Of a DNA stretch of 64,000 bases, positions 1-13,633 are shown one piece after another. Below the pieces are notes generated by a model. That model was given only the letters and a program-made list of their open reading frames with translations, had not been told where the DNA came from and made no database searches. The position numbers and the translations under genes were made by a program. Source of the DNA: Octopus vulgaris (taxonomy: Eukaryota); contig OX597825.1 of assembly GCA_951406725.2 (NCBI GenBank), positions 19,964,001 through 20,028,000 on the forward strand, written 5' to 3'. The stretch's first letter is position 1; each line of letters opens with the position of its first letter.

Positions 1-1670
1 GCTAAATGTCATTTTCAAATTTCGTCCTCATTATATGTTTATCAGTTTGCCTGTAAATGTACGAGTTCAAAAAGGCATTTATGTTATAGAAAGCACCCAA
101 TATAATTCAGAACCTTGTAGGTTAATTATTGTGTAGAAAATATTTAAACGAGGAGTGTGATTTTAAGCAATTGAAGAATTGTAGATCCCATGAAAACGTC
201 TACACTGAAATTCTGGTATTCATAGTAAACAGGTATTTTTATCACTGACATTTGTAAATGCTAGCTCACATTGAAAGAAGGTGACAGATTTGCTGGTTTC
301 ATCATCGACGGCTGGATGATACGTTTCTAGTATCAGATGTTTTATTATCAAATCATTGGCCTAAGAGTAATAGAGAGGTGGATTACAGACGAGATCGTTG
401 AAAATGATTTCAAGATTGGAAATCCGTAAATTCAGAGAAGCTTCTCGAAGACATGAAGAGGTCACCTGCTGCATGATATTTGACTTTTGCTCAGTATCAG
501 CCTACCTAATATTCATTTACCCACTATGTGTTCATCGATTGTTATAAAAGTTGTTTGGCTATTTATTATTCGTGGGATCGAATCTGGAACAATAATTTTG
601 CAAAATGAAATTTATAAACACACTCATTATTATAAAAAATACCTCTTTTATAATTATTGAAATAAATTACCAAAAAAAAATATAAATAAATAAATAAGCT
701 AAGCCGATTTATGAAGCGGAGAGTGATTTATCTGAATACTATATACGACAATATGAATAATTGACGACAAAAATATTAATACAAAAGATAATGTTATTTA
801 AAAATAAAAATCGTGAATCATTCATAATTTCTGTTCATATTCTGAATTTAATTTTTCTGCTAATCGGCTAAACTGTCTTCTAGTAGGCTTAGAATTAATT
901 TTTGCTAGTGTCGTCACACAGACGTAGGATTTGCGTTTATACTAATACGCATAGGAAAACTCTTGCATGATGCATTTTTTAAGTTTAGCGTTTAAATCCT
1001 CTTGAAGTGATTTTTCGTTTTGATTCTTATAGAATTGTTTCCAACTTAGATCAACCCGGCTTAAGATGATCTACGGTCAACGATAACTCAGGCCACAACT
1101 TTTTGTATTTGTCTATATGTACGTCTATATTATTTAACATTAGTTAACATTTCCATCCTTCATTTGAGGTGATAGGTTTTAATTTGGGATTATTTGGGTC
1201 TTTCCCAAGTATATTGAGTGACTGTGTGCATATGATAGATAAGTTTCCCTCATACCACACAGTACTTTAAGAAATATGTGAGGAACATAATGAATATTAA
1301 AAGGAAAGTGTTGTCGCTGATATACACACACAAAAAAAATCAGGATGGTTAAGGCTGATATGCCTCAGGGATTTCGTCTTCTTATTCATGGTCAACATTG
1401 GGTTAAAACTACAAATCTAGAAATATAAGCAAATGGGAAAAGCTTAGTTGTCCCTTCCTCTTTGGCGGTTCATCAATACATGTTCCTCCTGTATTGGGTT
1501 TAGCGAAATGTATTATGGAAATGTGATACTAGCATGTTACTGTTAGAGTACCCGAATCGACAGCACGCGTGGCAATCAACTTAATTCGTTCAGTTACAAA
1601 TATTTCATTTACAATTCAAATCTCGCCGTGGTTATATTTGTAAATAAATAAAATAAAAAATATAATAACT

Positions 1671-1910
1671 GCGCCCTTTTAAAGCCTAGCCAGGCTCTTG
1701 GGCCCGGTTTCCCGGTTTCAATGGCGTATGTGTTCCCCAGCTGGATGGGACGGCAGTCCATCGCAGCATTACTCAATTTTGTCAGCTGAGTGGATTAGAG
1801 CAACGTTAAATGAAGTGTTATGCTCAGGAACACAACGAATTGCCAGGTCCAGGAATCGAAACCACAATCTTACGATCTGACACCCTAAACTCTAAGCCAC
1901 GCGCCTCCAC
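1671..1910 (-). mobile_element. tRNA-derived CORE-type SINE (type D)
   Basis: Minus strand reads GTGGAGGCGCGTGGCTTAG (A box)...GTTTCGATTCC (B box), then CORE-like GTTGTGTTCCTGAGCATAACACTT, then GCGATGGACTGCCGTCCCATCCAG. ATTTGTAAATAAA is repeated on both flanks (TSD-like). Confidence 0.8.
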
Positions 1911-2069
1911 ATTTGTAAATAAAGAAGTTATATACTGCGAAACAATTAATCGTTCATGCCGTGAAGTCATGACTTTGAATTAATCAATAAATATGTAACT
2001 GGTAGTGTTAATAGCACTGATGCTTCAGTGAGTATTGGGCTTTCTCATTTGCTTTTGTTACTAGAGTTG

Positions 2070-2446
2070 TTGTTACTGTTGAGCGAACGGTCTTCGTCCC
2101 AGAGCTCGCAGTGGGAGAAGTCCGAATCATGGTCCTTTGCTATTCGTAAGACCCGCAGAAGAGAAAGCAGGTCAACCCCCGACACCGAGAGCATCGACGG
2201 ATGGGTGAATGCGCATCCAGGCTCAGCGGTTGCGTAGGAAGTCGGGGACAAGAAACAGGAAGAAAGAGTGAGAGAAAGTTGGAGCGAAAGAGTACAACAG
2301 GAGTAGCTACCACCCCTTGCCGGAGCCTCGTGGAGCTTTAGGTGTTTTCGCTCAATAAACACACACAACACCCTGTCTGGAAATTGAAACCGCGATCAAC
2401 CGCCCGCGAGTCTGCTGCCCTAACCACTGGGCCATGGTGCCTCCAC
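2070..2446 (-). mobile_element. tRNA(Arg)-like SINE type A, tail variant 1
   Basis: Head and body match the copy at 10881 (TGGCCCAGTGGTTAGGGCAGC...AAAACACCTAAAGCTCCACGAGGCTCCGGC). The 3' tail is different and ends in CAA-like repeats. Confidence 0.85.
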
Positions 2447-3181
2447 TGTTGTTGCTGTTGCTGTTGTTGTAATATTTGATTCAGCAGTTGTTATAGCCCC
2501 TGGTAGCCCTAACCTGAGGGACCTATGGTCTGTGACATTTTGGTCTCAGCCATTTCTCTATATCAACGACTGAAATATTGATTATATCCTTTGCATTTCT
2601 CTTCGTGTATAGTGTGGTGTGAGGGAAGTTATGAGCTATTTCTAGCAATTTCTACCATCACATGGAAGCTCTTTCATTAGCTGTATATAAACTCCGTGCT
2701 AAATTCGCGTCAGGGGTTTTTCAGGTACCAAATTCCATTAAAATTTATTAAGCTTTAGTTTGACAATCAGTCAGTCTTGATGGAATATAAATAATGTAAT
2801 TTATTTTTCGCTGGAATATACTGAAGAGATAAACTAAAACGTTTAAGATTTTCGATTATAAACGGTAAATTTAATTAATTTAGACATTTTATAAACAAGA
2901 ATCAAAGAGAAGATTGTGCACGTGTGCAGATCCGTGCATAGTATTTTTATCTAGGATTCATATTTGTAAATAGTTCAATTGAATTGAATTTAATGTTTAT
3001 AATAATAATAATAATAATTATTATTATTATTATTATTATTATAGTCTGCTCTCACAGAACGCTCTGAGAAGTAAAACAAGAACAACAACAACAATGATAA
3101 TAATAATAATGTCATAAACATTTTACTTTATGGTGTATTACTAATATAATTATGCTGTAGGTCTTTTCAAATTCTAAATAA

Positions 3182-3493
3182 TGGTTTCAAATGTTGACAC
3201 AAGGCCAGCAATTTCAAGAAATGGGGAAGTCGATTACAACGACCCCACTACTCAACTAGAACTTATTTTATCGCCCCGGATAAAATATACACAGAGAGGA
3301 CAAACAAGGACAGACAAACGGATTAAGTCGATTATATCGACCCCAGTGCGTAACTGGTACTTATTTAATCAAGCCCGAAAGGATGAAAGGCAAAGTCGAC
3401 CTCGGCGGAATTTGAATCCAGAACGCAGCGGCGGACGAAATACCACAAAGCATTTCGCCCAGCGTGACTAACGTTTCTGCCAGCTCGCCGCCT
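3182..3493 (-). mobile_element. Meta-domain SINE type B (near full copy 3289-3493 abutting the 3' part of a second-tail variant at 3182-3281)
   Basis: Minus strand AGGCGGCGAGCTGGCAGAAACGTTAG...GTCGACTTTGCCTTTCATCCTTTCGGG matches the copies at 17774, 20605 and 40920. The central motif resembles the MetaSINE domain. Confidence 0.85.
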
Positions 3494-3757
3494 TCCTTAG
3501 AAACACCACTTAGCTGCTGACTCGCCCCAACATCTCGTCCTATCACGTGCAATATACAATATGACGTTTTCATATTACTCAATATACTTCACCGTAACAT
3601 GCTTCCAATGTGGTGACAACATAATGCCAACGCCTGTTGAGAGAACGTTGGCTTAATAATAAAGAAAAATATTTATGTTATTTCGACGACATTATCAACA
3701 TGTCACATGAGTGACCAAAATGTAGAAGACATCTCGAAGTATTTTTTATCTCGTCCA

Positions 3758-3922
3758 GGTAACGAGCTGGCAAATGGTTAGTATTTTGTCCCTTCTTTAC
3801 GTTCCGAGTTCAAATTCCACCGGGGTCCATGAATTATGTACCAGTTGTGTGTCGGGGTCGATGCAATCGACTTATCCCTCCCCCAAAATTGCTGGCCCAG
3901 TACCCAAATTCGAAGCCAATAT
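3758..3922 (+). mobile_element. internally deleted SINE type B, second tail
   Basis: GAGCTGGCA...GAGTTCAAATTCCACCGGGGTC...GGGGTCGATGCAATCGACTTATCCC...AATTGCTGGCC. Confidence 0.75.
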
Positions 3923-6329
3923 TTTACGTCTCCTTGGAAATTATTTCAAAATGTGATTTCAGAAATTATTATGGATAATGCATTTCATATCGAACTTCAT
4001 TCCATCACTGTTACAGAGTTTTAATTATGTCTTTCTTCTTGTCATTAACTAGAAGTGATTCGAGTATGGGAACAAATTTGTTTGCTTGTTTTATTTCGTT
4101 TATTTATTTTTGTTTCGTTTTTATCTACGGTGTTTCGTAATCGTCACTTGCAGCTTGATCAAAAAAATATTTATTTCGAAATATACTAAAGGTTATATCT
4201 ATTAAAAAGGCTGACACAATATTTAATGACGGCGGTCTGCAAGGGGAGATTTTGTTAAAGCAAACCAACTCGTATATTATTTATATATGGTTTGTATTTA
4301 CGTGTGTTAAGATCTAAGATAACATTTATTTAGTTGCCATTATATTTTGTAGTTATTGCGATATTAAGTTGTAGCTCTTTAAACGTACCAATTAATGATT
4401 TATATGTTGATTATTTCCTTTATGTGTAACAAATTGCGAAACATTAACTTCTGTGTAGTCTTAATTCTAAAGTAATAAATCTAGATGTAAGCTGATCTAT
4501 GATAAATAATTCGACTAGACTACAGATATTTTCTACATGAAACTAGCCCATCACAACATCAAACGTATTATTGTGATATTTCCCTCTTGCAGAGTCGGAA
4601 AACACTGTCATTCTAGCGGAAATATTACGTTAATAGCGCGGTTCTTTCTATGTCATTATAATTTCTAACTTTCGGGAAAGGTGGCCTTTGGTAGTAGAGA
4701 GCTAGAATTTCCCAATATGCAACAGAATTTGGAATATAGTTTTATCAATAGTCTTTCAGATTTAGGCTCAAGATCATGTTTCTATTGTTAGTATTACAAA
4801 AACAAGTTCTTGACTGTGTTTCTACTATAAAACCTAGAACTACACTTTCTGTCTTTGCTAAACAACGTATCTACGTAATTAATATTCATCGCCTCAATCT
4901 GGGGCATTTCGAATTGGTATTATTAACGCAGGTTTTTTTACGTGTTTGTTTACTTCCCCGAGTCTATATAAGATATATTAGCCCCACATAATATATTTTT
5001 TACAAGTCTTATATATACTTTGCATTTAGCTAAGCACTGCAACTTATAATCTCGTTTAAGACATGTGGCGACTACTTCCACTTCATAAAAGGATTTTGTT
5101 ATCGTATAGCTTTGTGATGAATCTACTGTATGTAATTTTCGGTTAGTTTGTTTTTCATAAGGTTGATATGTTTTTCTATAGCTTACGCACTAGTTTTGTT
5201 GTGTGGGTTTTGTTATAATGCTAAATAGGTACTATAGCTATTTGCATTTACATTGAAAATAATTACTGAATTTTTTACACTAAGTAAATGAAGAAAATAG
5301 AAATAAATATACTTATAACTTATAACCTGTATACTAAAGTATTTTTTTATCATTCTTTCTCTATTTCTCGCCCTCTCACTTTTTCGGTCTCTTTCTCTCC
5401 ATCTCTCTCTTTCGCTCTCTCTCACTCTTTCTCTCTCCATCTCTTTCTCTCTCCCACTTACTCTCTAGACAGCGTATCGATCTATGATTAACATGTCCTG
5501 TTATGTGCCATATAATGGCTGCACGACGGAACACCAGCATCTCGATACGTGAATGCTCAATAGATTTCAAATAGATGAAGATGAAAAAAACAATGCAACT
5601 ACGTTATGTAATATAAAAAAGCGTATGTTTGCATTCCACGAACCGACATCACGTATGGCTCTATAAATGAGGACCAGTTCAGTTTGTCGGTTAATTATCA
5701 ATATCGGATATTATATATTATAAACTGTTAGGTGGTTATGTATTCGTCACAGCCTTGTTTTCTTTTTAATTGGAGAATTGAACGATTCTCTCCAGTACGG
5801 ACTGTGCCATGTCAGTTGTTACGTTAAGAGGAGAAATTGAACAAATTTTCTCATTCGCTTGATATCTTGAATAGGAATGTACAAATCGTTCGCAAATATT
5901 GATAACAAAATTACTATCTCTAAAGGTACATTTTGTTGTTCAAAACAAGATAAAATGTGTTTTATATAGGCTCAAATAGAATGAATTATTTGTACTTGTC
6001 TCATACCACGGAAGAATAGAAACACCTGGTTTGTAGTCTATTACTGTATTCATTAAACTCGTTGGATATTGAAATTTCTTCAGTTGTAAGCTGGTCTAAC
6101 GACATTACTTTGTCTTAAAGAGATATCTCCTGCAGCTGAGATTTCTCTATATTAATTCTCATTATATTATATCTATTTCTGTTTTGCTCATTTACTTAGT
6201 TCTTTTAAAAGCCGGTAGGTGTCCTACAGTATACATACACAGTGTGGCCAATGCTGTCCTTTGAAGTAACAACCACGTGATGTGAGTTGATGCAATTATG
6301 CATACGATGTCCACGATGTTTCATTACAC

Positions 6330-6330
<1 letters not shown>

Positions 6331-6410
<80 letters not shown>
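6331..6410. repeat. (TTA)n-(TAG)n microsatellite
   Basis: Direct inspection; lies at the 3' end of the minus-strand Dong/R4 fragment. Confidence 0.95.
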
Positions 6411-6885
6411 ATTTGTTTTCGTACTGTTATGTTTACTGCATTGAAAGTGTTTTACGTAGGATGTGTGTAGTATCTAGTAGAGCTACATTCTGATATATAT
6501 ATATATATATACACATTCGTAAGCCCTGATGCTTTCGTTATGTATGAATATGTATAGTTTTTAATCTCATTTAATGCACCTATTATCATAGGGATTGAAT
6601 TTTTATTATTTATTAGGCTCTACATTCGGGTTGTCTTTATTTCCAGATCTTTGTACTTTGAGAGTTTCTACGTTTCTTGTAGAGATATATTGTCACCTGT
6701 TGAGATTTATGCGGCGTTGACTAGAAGGCATTTTTTTCTTGATGATTCTGACTACTATATCTAGTCTGCTAGCCTTGATCTCTGTGTCTGTGTGCATTGG
6801 TGTATCCCAGATTATGGTTGCTTTGTGATTTTCTAAAACCTTTTCTGGGATATGCCAAGACGAGCTTTTCTCTGATGTCATTTCG
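6411..6885 (-). mobile_element. degenerate Dong/R4-clade non-LTR retrotransposon 3' fragment (restriction-like endonuclease)
   Basis: Translation PEKVLENHKATIIWDTPMHTDTEIKASRLDIVV is homologous to the 39222-39909 copy; the 3' UTR start is also similar. Confidence 0.85.
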
Positions 6886-8195
6886 ATAATGAAACTGAGA
6901 AGATTTGAAAGAAGCCAGGTAACTTAAATGCTAAATGAGCAAATAACGAGAGTAGTTGAGAAGGGGTATTAGTATGTGTTTTGAGGAACACTGGAAGGAA
7001 AAGCTGAATCAGATAAAACAGAAATTACAAATATAGAGAATAGGAGAGTTAGAAAAATGTCACAATCAAGGTTGAATATAAAAATGTGATTGAAGTCGTA
7101 AATGTCGAGTTTGAATCGTCGACTGTACAAAAAGTGACATTCAGAAACTTGAGTGAAAAACAGGGAAGCTGTTGACTATGTTTGGAATCCACCCTCCGAA
7201 AGCTGAACTAACTCGCTTGTACGTGATGAGAGACCAAAGCAGAAGTGACTTAATTGCTGCCTAAGAATGCGTAGTGATGGAAAGAAAATGTCTACTAAAA
7301 TATTTACTGAGCAGCCCAGAGAAATTACTAAATGTATTAATTCAAGAACAGGTAATCAAATGTGGAATAAGAAAAAAGAACAAGAATGAAATTCAAAAAC
7401 TGCATGGTAAGCAGATTGATGAGAACGGTAAGTTTTGAATGCCACTGAGGATAAAAGTGGAACGGAACGCTGGGATTGGTTGAAAAAGTAGCTTAAGATT
7501 AAGCGCTATAAACAAACACCTTGAGAAAATATGTGTATTGGGAGACAGTGTCAGTTAAATATAGAGGCTGTGGAATTTGTTATGAAACAATGTCACACAT
7601 TGTTGCAGAATGTACCATGTTGGCTCAGGGATAATGTAAGAAAGAGGGGCGTGGCCAAGTTGAGAAAGTTTTGAACAGGAATCTTTGTCAGAAATGGAGG
7701 TTTGAAGCTGAAAATAATTGTATAATCTTCGAGTTGAAAGAATACTCGAGTTGGAAAAATGCAAGATTTTATTGACTTTTTTCCAGTTCACACGGATATG
7801 AAGATAAAAAAAATAATGAAACAAAATAAAATACTACAAAACAAAGAAATCTGAATTTACTTACTGACTGATCTAGCATGTCCGTTTGATTCCAGGACTA
7901 TGAAGAAAAAGAAGGAAATTTTAAAGTTCCAATTCGTTCAAATTTAAAATTTCGATAGTTTGGAACATGAAAACTTTAATGATGCATTACTAATGATATA
8001 AACAAATGTTTGAAGGGGACTGGAATGTCCTGTAAAGCTTCTCCAAAAGTTTTGCCTTCTAGGAACAGGAAATATCATCAAAAATATTTTGAGCACTTGA
8101 AACCCTATTGAAAGATTGTGGATATCTCAGGTTAAAGGCAGTGAAACATTACCCACATAAGTTATACCTGGAATCAGACTAGTCTTGAGTCGAAT
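6886..8195 (+). mobile_element. highly degenerate Dong/R4-clade element of a different subfamily
   Basis: Remnant motifs read by eye: CGICYETMSHIVAECTMLAQ (zinc knuckle, ~7570-7630), DLACPFD (~7870), LLQKFCLLGTGNIIKNILST-stop (~8040-8100). Ends in ATC/ATT repeats. Confidence 0.7.
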
Positions 8196-8285
8196 CATCA
8201 TCATCATTATCATCATCATTCCAGTGGAAGTGGATATCATAATTGACAGAATTCTAGGCAAAATGTTTTAAAATCATCATCATCA

Positions 8286-8342
<57 letters not shown>

Positions 8343-10704
8343 CAGTGGATATCATAATTGACAGAATTCTAGGCAAAATATTTTAAAATCTTCATTTATT
8401 CTAGGGACAACATCAAACGTCCATCCTTCCGGAGTTGATAATACAGTTTCCTTTAAATACACGTATCGATTTAATCCACTAAACAAAATTCTCCATGAAT
8501 TTCTGTCCTTGTGCTTATAATAAAATTGACTATAATTCTTATCTCCAAGACATGCCAAAACGAATGTCCAGACAACTTATCTGGCTGGCATGGTGCCAAT
8601 CAACGAAGAAACCATTTTGCATGATAAAATACACATTGTTTACTTTAAAACTAGCAAAATCGCTTCAAAATGTAGTTAAGCACCCTTTTGTCCATCAATC
8701 CTTTCATAAAAGAACGAGATGTATTTATTTGTAAATATTTATTTAAATAGTCTCTGAGACATTTATATATTTGCCATCCTTGTATCGTCAAAATATTTAT
8801 TTACTTGTTACTTCATTTTTTGTTTCGTTTCGTTTCTTTCCAAAGTGGTTTTACATTGTTCGAGCTGTTTGTATTGTTCAAGAATTTAGACTAAAAAATA
8901 AAAAAAATATCTATTTGTTTTTTTAAAGTTTTACACAAAATGTTTACATTGTCTACTGCTATAAAATATAAAATTATAGATAAAAAAAACAAGAGACAAA
9001 TAGACAGCAATTTCTTTTTACGCAAGAAAAGCATCTACTTTAGCTATTATATGAAAAGAAAGATTATTTCAGAAATGATTAATCCCATCCTTCACTCGCC
9101 GAGAATTACCGATTTAAGAATGACCGTTTTGCTGAAAATCCCCAATATAGACCCACCTTCGCTCATTTTTTCCATTAACATTATTATTTCTTTTTCTTCT
9201 AAATAATTGCTTTATCTATTTCTTAAGAGAATTTAAAATAACAAGTTGAATATTTAATATAATCTAAAGCAGCCAGTCTCGTAGAACACGAGGTAAGCTC
9301 ATAGTAATATCTCCAGACAGTGATCAAATTCCATTGTGCTGTCGAAGTAAAATCAATTTATGCATTTACTTGATTTATTCTTATAAATTATGAACATCAC
9401 TCCCCCCCCCCCCAACATCGACTTTTGTAAAAGCGAAATCAATAATTGTTGCTATTTAATCACAGGAGATCAAAAAAAAAAAAAAATACAATAGGAAATC
9501 CTTTAAACCAAAAATCACTTTCCGCTTTTAATCCGAAATGAAGAAATGTTAATGCGAATCAAAGCTAGATTTACAGTCCTTTGTTAAAACCTATGAGGTA
9601 AATATTGGCCCATTATGTGTAATCAGAAGAAAGTAAGCATTATTTAATATGAAACAAAGTGTGCCGTAAAATTAGATGCCGGTTTCATTTCACTTAATTC
9701 ATGTGTAATCGATTTTCATTCCAATCTGTACATGTGTCTCTCTTACCTAAAAACACCCGAAGGAAGTTAACTAAACGGAAAGTATGTTTTCGAATTTTTT
9801 CCCAAACCCCATCGCTTTCTGGTTTATGTTACTATTGCTAAATAGCTATCACCAAGGGCAGATATGAGTGTCCAGTACTGTCTGTTGTACGTCAAATATA
9901 ATGAAATATATTTAAAACTGAGCAATGTGAAACTCAAAACCAAGAGGACCTTCAATAGATTTATTTTCAGTTTTAAAACACTTCCAGTGATTACATGCAT
10001 ATTTCATACTGCAGTTTGGTGGAAATTACCATTCATTATACCAAAGGCAAAAAATTCTTAAGTATAAACGAATTACTACTGTCAAATAAATAGATAACTG
10101 ACACTTCTTTGAAATCCTAGCTTTGCCACTAGATAATACTTTCTTATCGCCACTATCTTAGACATGAACTAGAAGACGAAGCTTTTACTATTTCACTCAA
10201 CCTGCTAGAAAACGTAGACTCGTTTCCTCTAATTACAATATTAGACCTTAACAATTTCTATGTATACATTACGTAAAAAACAGATGGAATGGGCAGGTCT
10301 CAAATGCTATTAATTACAAGTTCGATCGATATAGATTTAGTATAGGACAGCAAACAAAAATCGGGGAATTTCTCTTTTTGATTGTTCAACTGCCCAGAGA
10401 TTGAAGGCATTTCTCTCTCTATCAAATCGTTCTTAACTAAGGGCACATTAGAAAATATCATTAAAAAGACGATATGGTTATGGTCATGGATAAACTGAAA
10501 ATCTCATGATTTTCCTTCCACTCAGTATCGATGGATGCAGGGATGAATGTTAATGACAGCATGAGACTACAAAGAAAAACACACAAACCCCACTACTTTC
10601 CACCTTTGGTATACAACTGAGGCTTTCTCCTTATTTGCGTACTCAATATTTAATTTTATTTTAAAAGATCAAGTGTCACAAGTACCATAGTATATTTGTT
10701 CATA

Positions 10705-10753
<49 letters not shown>

Positions 10754-10792
10754 AATATATATATATATATATATATTTACATATATATATTT

Positions 10793-10830
<38 letters not shown>

Positions 10831-10880
10831 ACACACATATATATATATGTGTGTGTGTGTGTATGTGTGTGTGTGTGTAT

Positions 10881-11176
10881 GGAGGCGCAATGGCCTAGTG
10901 GTTAGGGCAGCGGACTCGCGGTCGTAGGATCGCGGTTTCGATTCCCAGACCGGGCGTTGTGAGTATTTACTGAGCAAAAACACCTAAAAGCTCCACGAGG
11001 CTCCGGCAGGGGGAGGTGATCCCTGCTGTACTCTTTCACCACTCTTTCTCCCACTCTTTCTTCTGTTAGCCTGCTCGCTTAGCCAGCGGGGTGGCATCAT
11101 TCGAAGGCTAAAACAATGCGAACGCATTGTGACCAGCGATGTGTAAAACATCTGATGGTCTGGTCGGTCACGTGGT

Positions 11177-11183
<7 letters not shown>
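10881..11183 (+). mobile_element. tRNA(Arg)-like SINE type A, tail variant 2, full length
   Basis: GGAGGCGCAATGGCCTAGTGGTTAGGGC (A box), GGTTTCGATTCC (B box); tail ends GGTCACGTGA followed by (TA)n. Confidence 0.9.
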
Positions 11184-11207
<24 letters not shown>

Positions 11208-11282
11208 CTCGACGGGCTTCTTTCAGTTTCCGTCCATCAAATTCACTCACAAGGATTTGGTCGGCCCGAGGCTATAACAGAA
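11208..11282 (-). mobile_element. fragment of CORE-SINE type C
   Basis: Minus strand TATAGCCTCGGGCCGACCAAATCCTTGTGAGTG...GACGGAAACTGAAAGAAGCCCGTCG matches 50790-50857. Confidence 0.8.
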
Positions 11283-12350
11283 CTACCTATACAAAAAGAA
11301 GACATCGGCACCTGAAGTAATTTTAAACTGGTATTCAAAGTTTTTAATCTTAGAATTACTAGACATAAACTTAAATCTGTTGGAATTGACTTCAGAGACA
11401 ATAACCTTGTTATTAATATTTCTAGGGAGATGGTAGGTATTAGTTAAATTAATGTTAGTATTAGTAATGGGATTCTTATTTAACAGATTAATATTATGTG
11501 AGGAGATAATTTGTGAGAGATTTTTTGTGTTGGAAAAATCAATCATAACCGTGAGCGAGTTGATAACAGAGTAATACCTAGAATTCTTTGGAAAATTCCT
11601 AATAATAGTTTCCCGAAACTGGAAAGGAAGATTAGATTTAATTTGTCTCCCATAAGGAATAATCAACCAAATAGTTTTGTAACTAGTTGCCTTATTTTTA
11701 GTGTGACTATCTTTAAAAGACATCGATTTACCTTTAGAATAAAAAAGGGGGGGGTTAAATAAGGGTTATCTCCCTTCCTTTGATGTTGGTGAATAAATTA
11801 AAATTGATGTCATTTATATCCTTCCAACTAGATTTCATATTTTTATTACTAAGGTAGAATAAGATTGAATGGAATTAATGTAGGTAACTTTATCTGTATA
11901 GCTTGCTTTAAGTAAGGCAGAGTTATAAAATTCAGCCCTGTCGTTGAAAATGTCAAAATTAGCAGATAACTTAGACAATCTAAATGGAATATTCTTAACT
12001 AAATTCTTAGTGATTGCCCTAGAGTGATTACTGAATTGGCTAATATACTTAAGATTGGTCGATGGTTTGTGATATGGAAAGTACTAATTATTGTGTAAGT
12101 TAAGTATACTATCTAAAAAATTGGCCTTCGTTACATCATCATCAAAAACGATGCCTAAGCCCATTCTACGTAAAAACTTAACTAAATTATTCTTAACCTT
12201 TTGTACAATTTGGCCAGAAATATTTTGAAGGTAGAGTAAACAACCATCACGATATAGACCTATATCGATGCTTGGGAACTGGTCTGTCATTACATAAAGT
12301 ATATATATACCGACCAAATCAGCTATTTGTGCTGAATCAGAAACATGTGC
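11283..12350 (-). mobile_element. Penelope-like element remnant (RT C-terminus and linker)
   Basis: SAQIADLVGIYIL, DIGLYRDG (degenerate YRDD), ANFLD, YHKP...SNH, then IWLIIPYG...RNFP...FSNTKNLSQIISSHN. These are typical PLE RT/linker motifs; stops and frameshifts are present. Confidence 0.85.
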
Positions 12351-12393
12351 CAGAATTAAAATAATGCATATATATACATACATACTTACACAC

Positions 12394-12490
<97 letters not shown>

Positions 12491-12503
12491 TGTATGTATA
12501 TGT

Positions 12504-12558
<55 letters not shown>

Positions 12559-13563
12559 TGTATGTATATTCTACATAAATCCAGTTTGTTCATTTTAAAT
12601 GCTGTTTCTGTTATTTGAATAAGTCTTTATTTTTACTTTTATTTAAAACCATATTTTACGTTTATTTAAAACAACCAAAGAATCATGCGCCATAGTTGAA
12701 TCACCAAGAAATCACCGCATTTTAAAATCATTCAGATGCTATCACTGAATTATTGTGTCTCCAGCAAAGAGATCAATAGAATTTGTTAACTGTTTCAGGT
12801 TGAGTGACGTTTAAATATTTCGCAAATGCAATTGCGATTTAGGAAATTAATGACAATCAAACATTGATCGCATTCCACTTGACAAAATTATTGTTTCTTC
12901 TGAGCAGCAAGACACATATGGAAAATAATTTGGTAAAGCATCAAAAAAGTAGCTGAGTAGAATTAATAAGCCCTAGCGCTTGGTTTGTATTCATTTCATG
13001 AATTTCAGTATAATTAAAGTGAAGGTATTCTACGTGAGATTTAATTTGCGAAGTTATGATGTAACTGAAGACCTCAGAGATTTATGACACAGAAATAAAA
13101 TGGTATATTCTATTATGTCGGAGTACTATATTCATTGGTTCTCCTTAAGGAGTTTGATCTTTGATGATAGTACCATGTAATTATATACCTCGAAGCATTT
13201 GGCCTGGTCCTCTATTACATTTGACTGTATATTCTCTCTTTACTGGCGATCAGAATGCGATGCCTGAAACCGTTTCTATGAAACTATTAATAAGTGTTAT
13301 TCATTTTCCACGCATAGTAATTTCATATAAACAAGCACCGTGAAATATTTCAGCTACGACGAATGTCATTATTTATACTACGCTTATTATCTCCCTAATG
13401 CTATAAAATTCAATTTAAGGCCATTGACCCGTACTAAACTTTGACCGAGCACTCTCGTAAATAATATTTAATATTGGTGGTAGCGGAATATGGTAAATAT
13501 TTCATAACCAATTTTCTGCACTATAAACATATTATTAATATATATATTATACATACATGTATG

Positions 13564-13633
<70 letters not shown>

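Noticed and set aside
1040-1415. Very old dispersed repeat (similar traces at ~2490-2685 and ~10180-10360)
   Set aside because: Similarity is too weak to define boundaries by eye.
10881-10955. tRNA-Arg gene
   Set aside because: The head continues into a repeated SINE body and the acceptor and anticodon stems do not close.
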